Part shown: positions 53,310 to 64,000 of the stretch, piece after piece
Position numbering within the stretch: the first letter of the stretch is position 1
How the letters are laid out: every line of letters begins with the position of its first letter
NCBI RefSeq assembly: GCF_006345805.1
Contig: NC_042997.1
Coordinates: 98,518,001-98,582,000, forward strand
Direction: 5' to 3'
Length of the DNA: 64,000 nucleotides
Source of the DNA: Octopus sinensis
Taxonomy: Eukaryota
Program-made: the position numbers and the translations under genes
The notes under the pieces: model-generated
What the model saw: only the letters and a program-made list of their open reading frames with translations
What the model was told of the DNA's origin: nothing
Database searches by the model: none

Positions 53310-53517
53310 TCTCTTGGCATAAGGCCCCAAATTTTGGGGGAGAAAGCCAGTCGATTAGATTGACCTCAGTACGCAACTTGTACTCAATTTGTCGATCTCG
53401 ATAGGATGAAAAGCAAAGATAATCTCGTCGGAATTTGAATTCAGAACGTAAAGACAGTCAAAATACAGCTAACCATTTCGCCAGGCCTGCTAACGTTTCT
53501 GTCAGCTTGCCGCCTTT
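53310..53517 (-). mobile_element. SINE family D (diverged)
   Basis: cggaatttgaattcagaacgta..gctaacgtttctgtcagcttgccgccttt. Confidence 0.8.
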
Positions 53518-54902
53518 AATCTTTATATCACAATATCAACTCAGTATATAGTTCATGTTCCATTATTTTCATATAAATTGTAGTGTTTTTAAATGCCTCG
53601 TTAGTATTTGTTCGATCGTTTATTGTATTTATATCGGGACTTTACAAATGTGATTCACTGATCTTTAATATCCTAGCAGACTACGTCGCATGCTTTTTCT
53701 TTGCGATATCCATTCTCAGTATAGTATTGTTACAGAAATAATGTTGTTTGCTGTCGGCTGTTTAGCCTGTTCTATTGATTTATACTTTCGACAATGCCTG
53801 CGTTCTATAGGTAACCATGGAAACAACTATAAGGTAAATTGTGTTTAGCTATGATTAACTCGATCAGTCTCCGAAGCTCTCTTTATTTAGAACCATTTGT
53901 TTGTTTGCGTTTTCTCATCTAGTATCAGTTTAAATAGTTATCTGATTCACTGAAATTGTTCTTAAGTAAACTAAACAAAGTTTTATTCGTTAATGATGTG
54001 AACATAGAAGCACATGTAATGCATACAAGCAAACAAACAAACTACTATACATTTAGATAAACTAACGAGCATACACATGCCAAACAATATTTAGACAAAT
54101 GAACAACCAAAGAAATATTCGTTGTTATGTGGGCGTAGTCAGGATTTGGACTGAAAGATAATCAAGTATTAAAATGGATTTACCATTAGCCGTCTACATT
54201 GCGTTTCAATGTACATACATATATACTCTATAGACATACGGGCAACCGGATTGTGTGGGATTCATCCTAATCTGCTGGACGTGTCAACTCTCAAAGGAAA
54301 CGTATGCGTATTAACACTCTCACTGATGAGTATAGAAATATACAGCCAGGTCTATGATGTGTCCTAGGAACTCTGTGATTCCGTATTTACAATAAATTTG
54401 TATCTGTATGCACAGGCTTAGGAAAGGTTTTCCTTATAGAAGACAAGCTGTTGCCCATGTTTTTAAGACGCCATTTTCCAAGACGTTAGTGTTGTCCAAT
54501 TTGTTGCTGCAAGTTAGACCACAAGGGTCGAAGGGAAAATCCCAATGCATTTATATGAATGATATCCTGTATACGATTCTGCATCCGCTGAAAGATAAAA
54601 TTTATTCATTAATAATGTAAGCTGCGTAACTATGGATTGTACATCTGATATGATATGTCTTTCGTGACTCCCAGCACATCATCCAAAAACTGTTGGTTTG
54701 TTTACGTTCCCATAACTCAGGAGTTAGACAGTCCCACGCTCTAATACTTCCTGCCTTTGATTGATACTTTTTATCGTCTTCGTGAGGGAGAAAACAAAGT
54801 TGCCTTGCGCAAGATTTGAACCCAAGAAACCGGAACAAATAATCCAAGACATTTTAACTCACACTGAAAACATTCTTCCGTTATGCATTTACATAATATA
54901 TT

Positions 54903-55130
54903 TTTTTATTGCCCACAAGGAGCTAAACACAGAGGGAACAAACAAGGACAGACAAACGTATTAATTCGATTATATCGACCTCGGTGCGTAACTGGTACTT
55001 ATTTAATCGATCCCGAAAGGATGAACGGCAAAGTCTACCTCGGCGGAATTTGAACTCAGAACGTAACTGCAGACGAAATACGGCTACGCATTTCGCCCGG
55101 CGTGCTAACGTTTCTGTCAGCTCGCCGCCG
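54903..55130 (-). mobile_element. SINE family D, inverted relative to the downstream array
   Basis: Reverse complement of 55460-55690. Confidence 0.9.
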
Positions 55131-55192
55131 TCTCGTTTATGCATTTACATAATAGCGAACTAAGTCGAAAGCATATATGTGTGTGTGTGTGT

Positions 55193-55241
<49 letters not shown>

Positions 55242-55384
55242 CGTGCGTGGGTGTGTGTGTGCGTGTGTGCAGCGTGCGTGAATGTGTGTGGGAATGTGTG
55301 TGCATGTATGTGTGTGTGTATGTTTGTTTAGATTTCGAGTATAAAATCAAATAACCAAATCGACGAGTATATTTAATGTAGCTA

Positions 55385-56270
55385 AAGGCGGCGAGCTGGA
55401 AGAAACGTTAGAGTGCCAGACAAGATTCCTAGCAGTATCTTATCTGTCTTTATGTTAAAAAAGCAGCGATCTGGCAGAAATGTTAGCACACCGGGCGAAA
55501 TGCTTAGCGGTATTTCGTCTGCCGTTACGTTCTGAGTTCAAATTCCGCCGAGGTCGACTTTGCCGTTCATCCTTTCGGGATCGATTAAATAAGTACCAGT
55601 TACGCACCGAGGTCGATATAATCGAATTAATACGTTTGTCTGTCCTTGTTTGTCTTCTCTGTATTTAGCCCCTTGTGGGTAGTAAAAGAAATAGGTATTT
55701 CGTCTGCCGTTACGTTCTGACTTCAAATTCCGTCGAGGTCGACTCTGTCTTTCATTCTTTCGGGGCCGATAAATTAAATAACCAGTTACGCATTGCGGTC
55801 GATGTAATCGACTTAATCTCTTTGTCTGTCCTTGTTTGTCCCTGTGTGTGTAGCCCCTTGTGGGCAGTAAAGAAATAAGAAATGTTAGCACGCCGGGCGA
55901 AATGCTTAGTGGTATTTCGTCTGCAGTTACGTTCTGAGCTCAAATTCCGCCGAGTTCGACTTTGCCGTTCATCCTTTCGGGGTAGATTAAATAAGTACCA
56001 GTTACGCACTGGGGTCGATGTAATCTACTCAATCCGTGTATCTGTCCTTGTTTGTCGCCGCTGTGTTTAGCCCCTTGTGGGTAGTAAAGAAATAGAAATA
56101 GGTATTTCGCCTGTGGTTACGTTCTGAGTTCAAATTCCGCCGAGGTCGACTTTGCCTTTCATCCTTTCGAGGTCGATAAGTTAAGTACCATCTGCGTACT
56201 GGTGTCGATCTAATCGACTGGCCAACATTAAAAAAAATTCGGGCTTTGTACCTAGAGTGGAAAAGTATAT
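55385..56270 (+). mobile_element. Tandem array of SINE family D (partial head + 4 units)
   Basis: Units at ~55460-55693, 55694-55877, 55878-56100 and 56101-56270. Confidence 0.9.
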
Positions 56271-56678
56271 TTAATGTGGCTTACTGGTTCTGGATTTAGC
56301 AATCTCCGCGAATTAAATCTAACTACTGCGAAGTCGGAGAAACAGATATCACTATAACCGTGCTCTAAATTGAAATAAACAGGAAATGCATTGTCATATG
56401 ATAAGTGATAAAGATAGTAAAGTACCTCATTTGCGATAATGTGATACTTAATTTATTCCTCAAAATATAACTTCCAAGTCTTAACTCAAGGATGTAAAAT
56501 AGATTTTTAAATATTATCTAATCATAAAGTATTTACTTAAACATTTTTTCATTTATGTATTTAATGTTTGCATAATGCATGTATGTCATATAGAGAACCT
56601 ATATTGTATATTGCATTTACTAAATGCTGTTCGTTGTTTTAAGTTCGTTGTCCTTGTGTAAGTTGGGAACTTTGATAC
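56199..56678 (+). repeat. Copy 1 of a 480-bp direct duplication
   Basis: Matches 59132-59611 with scattered substitutions. Confidence 0.95.
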
Positions 56679-59131
56679 GTTTTTTTCATTTTTCTATCCT
56701 TATAGTTTCTACTTGGTAGAAGATTAATTTAAATTTCATTACCTATTACACATGCAAGGTTATACATTGATTCTATAATCTGTTAAAATAAATAGATCTG
56801 AGAAAACAATCGCCACATCGGTATGCTGCTCAAGATTCTACCCACAGTCAGTGGTAATACATTAAAGTACTATGCTTTCATCATTGAAATAGTAACGAAA
56901 CTCATCTCCGTATTTTCATCCATGGTTGTATGCATAAGGAAAATGCCTGCACGTATGGCGCCTTGTTTTGAGGCAAAGTAATATTCATATGTATAGTGTG
57001 TAACTTACAAACAAATTCAAATTTGTTTTATGAATAATTACATATAATAACTCTGAAATCAATGCGATCGTTTTATATTTACGGCAATGGCATATACTTT
57101 TATACTTAAAACGATCACTTAGTTAAGATTCAAGTTGTTGTGGTTTAAATTCATGTCGGCTACAATCGAGCAGATCTACGATCAACGGTATTTAAACTAT
57201 ATCATCTAGGCATAGTTTATGGAAGCATGTGAGTTTGTAGAGATTGAGCTGTTATTTTCAGCAGTTCGAGCGACCACATGGAGGTTTTATTCGGTTCCCT
57301 AAGATATAATTAAGAACCATAAGTAAAACAATCAAAATATCTAATTAACGTGTGCTTCATTTTTGTGCGGTGCTGTGTTCAAAGCTTTAAATCGGTTGAT
57401 ATTAATTGAAAAGCAAGTCCACGTAATTTCAAGTACAGAATAACCTGAAGCTGTCATTATCGTCTCAATATCTGAACTGATTAGAATATTAATTTCGACA
57501 CTATTATGTTATAACTATACTTGTGCAGTCGTGAAATAAGGAGGGAAGAGCCATAGAATTAAATAAAGATCTTTATTTGATATTGGTGGAGACCCAAATT
57601 AAATATCCCGCAATGTTTTGTTACGTCATTCATTGTTCTAAGTTCAAATCCTGGCGTGATACACATAGTCTATTTGTTTCTTGGGTATTCAAGTACCTGT
57701 AATTTACCAGGGCTAATTCATTTCACCATAATACTCTTCTATATTCCCTGACATTGTATAAATGTGTGAGATCATGGCTAACAGGTATAGCTACAATTCA
57801 GGGAGCAACATTTGACATAATCATCAGTTTAAAGCACAAAACGAATGGACGTTAAAAATTGGCGCAAGGAATGAAAATCGATCTCAGATTATGATGAGAA
57901 TTTATTTTATCGATCTCAAGTGAAACAGTGGCAAAGTAAAAACTGAGAAAGTTTAACACAAAACACAAATCGACAAACGTACATACTATGAATTTGTTAG
58001 AGCTGCATATAACATCATCTACAGCCTCATGAACATGTATATTAATTATGTAAGAAATATATATTTATATATTCAAGCGAAAATTGCTAAATGCTAGCTT
58101 AGTAATTCATTTAGCATTTGTAGTTTTAAAGCTTATTTTACAATTTTAAAGTTTGTTGTGCGTAAAGCAATATTTTTATTGGGTTTTAAAACATTCTAGA
58201 ATATATTTTGTTATAACAAATGTATCATTATTTAATGAGTGTCATAAATCAACTGTGGCGTAAGAAACAAGGAAGTAAAATCAATTCTGTATTACATAAA
58301 ATATTTTTCTATCAAAAATGCAGTAAAATATTATATTGTATGTTCGATGTAGTCTTTAAATATTCTTTCTCCCGTTTTTATTTTTCTAAAATTCTGCATT
58401 TAAGCAGAATTCTTGAAATGTTCACTCAACTTACGAACTAAAGAAATGAACATTTATAACTTTGTGCATTCCTTTTCAGTGTTTTATGTTACCTTACTAA
58501 TTGATCAAAGCTTAATTGCCTTGGAACAACTTTGTTATTCTATGAATATGTTCTAAATACATTATTGATTCTAGTCTATATATACAAGCCAGCAAATACA
58601 TTGGGTTGGTAAATGACATTGTATAACATCAAAAAATTACGCAAGCACAACGGGAGAGTTAATTCTTTTCAAATAAAATAATATATATTTTCAAAAGTGT
58701 CTACATTCAAAATTGATTTCTATGGCGTTAGTTTCATGAAATAGAATCGTTATCTAAGCCGGGCATTATTCTTTCTAAGATAGTTTTCATTAAGAATTTA
58801 TCCTTTATTTCCAACTGCCAGATAATGTGACGTAATATACAATTCAATGATCTGACTAGATATGCAATGAGATGCTTCCTGTTGGGTTGGTCGTCACTAC
58901 CAAACTCACAGCAAGCATATCCCATTAGATTACATTAAAGAGTAACTTATGTTATTCACTGAGTGTAGAATGAGGAGGGCATGTTACATAAGATTTATGC
59001 CTTTAGTCTTTTACTTGTTTCAGTTATTCGACTGGGGCAATATTCGAGCAATTGCTGGAAGGTTTTAGTCGATCAAATACCCCAGTACTTATTTTTTGTA
59101 AGTCTGTTGGTACTTAATCTAATAGTTACTT

Positions 59132-59611
59132 CTGGTGTCGATCCAATCGACTGGCCAACACTAAAAAAATTCGGGCTTTGTACCTAGAGTGGAAAAGTAT
59201 ATTTAATATAGCTTACTGGTTCTGGATTTAGCAATCTCCGCGAATTAAATCTAATTACTGCGAAGTCAGAGAAACAGATATCACTATAACCGTGCTCTAA
59301 ATTGAAATAAACAGGAAATGCATTGTCATATGATAAATGATAAAGATAGTAAAGTACCTCATTTGCGATAATGTGATACTTAATTTATTCCTCAAAATAT
59401 AACTTCCAAGTCTTCACTCAAGGATGTAAAATAGATTTTTAAATATTATCTAATCATTAAGTATCTACTTAAACATTTTTTCAATGATGTATTTAATTAT
59501 TTGCATAATGCATGTATGTCATATAGAGAGCCTATATTGTTTATTGCATTTACTAAATGCTGTTCGTTATTTTAAGTTCGTTGTCCTTGTGTAAGTTGGG
59601 AACTTTGATAC
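59132..59611 (+). repeat. Copy 2 of a 480-bp direct duplication
   Basis: Begins inside a SINE D tail (ctggtgtcgatc) and continues ~410 bp into non-SINE sequence; offset 2933 bp from copy 1. Confidence 0.95.
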
Positions 59612-59683
59612 ATTTTTATAGTGATCCAATGTTCGTGCCACACGCTAGCTCAGTCTCTCCATCTATACATACATACATACATG

Positions 59684-59773
<90 letters not shown>

Positions 59774-60162
59774 GTATGTATATGTATATGTGTGTGTGTG
59801 TGTATACATGTATATGAAGTAATCATAATAGTTCTTAATAATTATGCTTATAGTACTAATCAATAAAAATAACAATAATAACAATAGCAACAATAGCAAG
59901 AGTAAAAATAACATTGATAGTATTGATAATAATAACAACGATAATAACCCTATCAATCATAATACACTTAACACCAACCCACTAGTAAGTAATTCTCCTC
60001 CACAGCACAAACTATTTGACTGCAGAAAAGAAGACAATACCTCTCTAAGTTTTAATGATACCCCTAGCATCGTTCATTTATTCTCATTGTACTTGTTTAT
60101 ATGTTTGTTTGTTTTAATATCCAATGTCCTAAGCAGTTTGGGATCACTTATAATATATACTA

Positions 60163-60727
60163 TTGGGTTGTCCGGAAAGTTTGTGCCGATTTAAAGCAGC
60201 TTACCTTTCAACTTATTTTAGAACATGGTTGTGTCCATAAAATAGGATTTGACTACTCCTACATTTAGAGCACAGTTTAAGCTATCTTTTCGTGGAAGAA
60301 GGTTTATGTTCCTATGACCTGTGTTAATTCTGTAACCCTTTAAAAGGCAAGATAAGAAAATTCATTTTCGGCACTCGATGCTTTGGGAACCAGACAAAAA
60401 TTGCTGCAGCTCGGCTGGGATGTGTTACCTCATCCTCCATATTCACCAGATATTGTTCCTTCGGATTTCCACTTATTCAGGTCTCTGCAGAATAGTCTTA
60501 ATGGTAAAAATTTCAATTCCTTGGATGACGTAAAAAGATACCTTGATGAATTCTTTGCCATGAAATCACCTCAATTCTGGGAAGAGGGTATTTTCAAGTT
60601 AAAGGAAACATTGAGACACACTGTGCAACAAAATAGTTCATATTTGGTTGATTAAAAATGTAATGGCAAGTATTTATTGACCTTTTCTTTCCTTTAAAAA
60701 TCGGTATGATCTTACCGGACAACCCAA
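60163..60727 (+). mobile_element. Internally deleted mariner (565 bp)
   Basis: TIRs ttgggttgtccggaaag..ccgatt / aatcgg..cttaccggacaacccaa; TA on the left. ORF 60383-60655 LGWDVLPHPPYSPDIVPSDFHLFRSL. Confidence 0.92.
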
Positions 60728-61589
60728 TGCTTTTACATATTTTTATTTTATTTATTTATTTATACCAACCCTATAACGGTCTTAATAGCTTGCCCTTTGT
60801 TCTTAAATTTAACAGACTAATTATATTGAACGCTGGACTTTGGTCAATCCCATTACAGGCAGTAGGTAGTTGGATTTTACAACATATCATTAGGTAAATA
60901 ATTGAAATTAATTGTTGGGCACTTTATTATGATAAACTTTTAATTAGTACTATAAGCATAATTATTAAGAATTATTATGACTACTTCAAAATGCTATGGC
61001 AGCCTCACTTCTTCTTTGTCTAAACCTATTGGCGTATCCCATTATAGTAAATTGCTTAGTTTTATTTTTTTATTACTTATCCACACTGTGACCCCCCTGC
61101 CATAAAAAATAAGCCAATTACTATTTTAAGTTTAGTCATTTACTCAACGTCCCGAAGCAACACATAAGCAAAATAGTATGATTTAAATATATTAAGCATT
61201 CAATCTTCCACTCGAAGCTCTTCTTTTCTTTTCTTTTATGTATGTATTTTTCTTCACTCTCATGAAGCTCCATGTTCCAGATCAGATGTATCACCGAATA
61301 TGATGAATATTATTTTTAGAATTTTCAATAGCAATACCATAGACCATTGGTAGTAGAAACGGCTGTAAGATGGGACACAGTCTATTTGTATTGAATTAAA
61401 AAGTAATTATTAATGTAAGACAATTGTTGTTGATCAATATTTCTCCATTTTCTGTTTACATTATATATATATATATAAATATATAGTTAATAAAAAAAAA
61501 ACGAGGAAAAACACAAGAAAAGAAAACAACGGGAGGACGTGGTACATACAAAGTATTAGCAGACGCTCAGGGAAGGAAAGAAAAGCAGA

Positions 61590-61622
61590 TTTATGTTTCG
61601 AGCAAAGCTCTTCGTCAGAAAC
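61590..61622 (-). ncRNA. Minimal hammerhead motif in a dispersed Penelope-like 3' end (~61480-61680)
   Basis: Minus strand gttt-CTGACGA-a-gagc-ttt-gctc-GAAA-ca-TA-aa. The element's 3' end abuts (TA)n at 61461. Confidence 0.62.
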
Positions 61623-61871
61623 AGGAGATGGAGGAAAATCCAAGAGAAAAAGAAGAGGGAGGAAAAAATGTAACCACATGTGGATCGTTTTATTAAAGCT
61701 GCAAAATCTTCACTGACTTTTACTCAGAGATTCATGTTCTCCTTCGTTGGCAAGTTGTGATCACACCAGAGTGTAGAGATTTAATAAAAGCATATTACTC
61801 TAACTCCTGTATTCGAGTATTATTTTTTCCATCTTGTTTGCATCTATGTGCTCACTCCTGTGTATACATAT

Positions 61872-61889
61872 ATGTGTGTGTGTGTGTGT

Positions 61890-61929
<40 letters not shown>

Positions 61930-62000
61930 TGTGTCTCCTGTGCATGTGTGTGCGCGTGTATCTCTGTCTGTGTCTGTGTCTGCGTGTGTGTCTGTGTGTG
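61872..62000. repeat. (TG)n/(TGTC)n microsatellite
   Basis: Direct reading. Confidence 0.9.
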
Positions 62001-63196
62001 TATATTTGTGTATGTTTGCATCCGTGTGTGTATGTATCATTCATCCATCGTCACATAACTTTTAAGGATAATACGTTGACTTCGTATGAAGATTTTCAAG
62101 TTTTTTTAAGGAGACTATTTTCTCACTCACATGAAAGTATCAAAGCACTTAAAACACAAAAAGAGAAAGTGAGAATAGTAGGGGGAGAGCTGAAGAGAAA
62201 AAGAAAGGAGGAGAGAGAAAGAGAGAGCGAGAAGACAAATGAAACAGAAGAAACGAGACGAATAGAGACTGTCATACTGACATATGGACACAACTAGCAG
62301 AACGATATGTGAAAGCCTCGAATCGGCAACACTAGAGAACAAACACTTTTATTTTGCTGCAAATGAAACTTGCTGACATAGCCGTCAATTAACGCAGTTG
62401 AGATCAATTACGTTTACATTGAGATCTAATGGAATAGTAAGAGGTTAGAATAGAATGTAACCATCCTTATATTATAGCATTCTTATGTTTGTCAGTGGAA
62501 ATAATACCTCATTGTGTTCTTAACCTATAATATAATTCACCTGCAAATCAATAATAACTAATCTGTATAATATATATCTTTCTGTAATTTCTAATGCATT
62601 CTTGCATATATGAAAATAATAAAAAAATGTTGTAGCTGCTGATAGTGATTATTATTAACATATATTTTTTGTGTGCTTCTTCTTCTTTTTCTATTAGTCG
62701 ATGTTATCACATTTTTTTCTTTTCTTTGTTAGAATGTAGAAACTAACGCGAGAAAAATTACTGTCATATTGCTACATGAATTATTCACATCTCCCAAGAA
62801 ATCATTGATTATTCTCAGTCAAGGGAAAGGAAGAAAGCTTGAGTGTGTGTGAGAGTGTATAATTGTATTAATGCTATTGGATGTGCTATCATGAACGTGT
62901 CCGTATGGTGTATGGTGTTGTGTTGCAGAATCAGAAACAAATAGAGAATGAGAGGTTAGGTTCAGAGTGGAGTCCGTATTTGTGTCGGAAAGTTGACTGG
63001 AAGGACATAAAAGGTTAATGATATCACAGAGAGTAGAAGCGTTTTAAAGAAAGATCATGTTAGGCATAAATAGTGATATATGCATAGCAGAGAAATAAAT
63101 TGCTAGATATGCTGTAGAGACAGATTGATGTGTATTGGAGAATAAATAAATGAATAAAAAGGTCGTTCCGTATATGTATATATATATTTTTTCTTA

Positions 63197-63242
63197 TACT
63201 AGCGGTGATACTTGGCGTTGCTGGGGATGAAAATCGTAAAGT

Positions 63243-63245
<3 letters not shown>
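63197..63245 (+). mobile_element. Possible 5' end of a Helentron-associated (HINE/DINE-1-like) element
   Basis: tactagcggtgatacttggcgttgctgggg resembles the ACTAG..CCCGGCGTTGCCCGGG start of such elements and is followed by a microsatellite. Confidence 0.35.
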
Positions 63246-63288
<43 letters not shown>

Positions 63289-64000
63289 CAGTTATGTTGA
63301 AACAGGTGATACGGGAAAGTGCAGCATTGACGACAATACATCTGTGGAGTAGATGATGGTCTAGTTCTACTAAGAGACATGAAATACGTCCGTTTGGAGG
63401 ATCACATGCCCTAACCTATCATGAACAATTGGGAGTTGGGGGTTTATGTAATTTTGGGACCCAACGAAAAGCTGTCAGTGGATATATTCGCCTTTGAGGC
63501 GCTCAACACTGCATCTAACACGACCCGTCGTAAGGTTGACTGTCAAATGAATGGAGGTGTAACAGAAATATCGTACGTGAACTGGTATATTTGGGAAATG
63601 GGCTGCAATGGTAGGCGGCAACAGGGAAGTGATGTGTTGAAATGTTGCAGAAGGCGAAGGGTTGACAAGGAATTGCTGGTGTGGCTGCAGAATAAGAAAC
63701 ATAAAGGGAGCCTATGCAGTCATATGACAATATATATTAATGAATTACTTGAAAAAATAAGGCAGAAATGGCTTACCGCATGGTATAATAGAGTATGTCA
63801 GTATTTTGTATGCAGTGTAAATTAACGAAATATAAGCAAATGATACATTCACATATGTCAGTCGTCACATCCGTATGCGTATGTGTAGATGTGTGTGTGT
63901 GTGTTTAATAATGTACCATTATATATGTATATGTAGGTGTAGATGTTTTTTATGTTTAATAACATATCTAATGCAGAAAGAGACACTGAAATATATATAC

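Noticed and set aside
55385-56270. CRISPR-like regular repeats
   Set aside because: Units are ~180-230-bp SINE copies without unique spacers; the context is eukaryotic and there are no cas genes.
63421-63825. 134-aa ORF
   Set aside because: No recognisable domain or splice context; it sits among repeat fragments.

Overview
This is AT-rich, repeat-saturated eukaryotic DNA, intergenic or intronic. The SINE families and microsatellite load suggest a coleoid cephalopod (Octopus-like); that assignment is inference. No host protein-coding gene is supportable, and almost all listed ORFs are microsatellite translations or decayed transposon frames. Non-LTR content: two long degenerate R4/Dong-type retrotransposons with restriction-like endonuclease (5.74-8.81 kb, 15.4-19.2 kb), a co-oriented pile-up of Dong 3' ends at (TAA)n, a near-complete degenerate Penelope-like element (RT + GIY-YIG, 37.9-41.5 kb) with further Penelope fragments, and many tRNA-derived SINEs. 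DNA transposons: a full-length mariner with frameshifted DD34D transposase, a deleted mariner, two DD37D (maT) relics, a piggyBac relic and three MITEs. The most interesting signal is a set of non-coding, (TA)n-embedded, fold-back elements carrying minimal type I hammerhead ribozyme motifs. The best one (877-1738) has a 557-nt terminally redundant monomer, an intact CUGACGA/GAAA/GUU core and an inverted arm that reads across the monomer junction, resembling a Penelope-mobilised retrozyme. There are also young palindromes (181-471, 45286-46381), a recurrent SINE multimer junction and a 480-bp local duplication. Coordinates were read by eye; boundaries of decayed elements are approximate.
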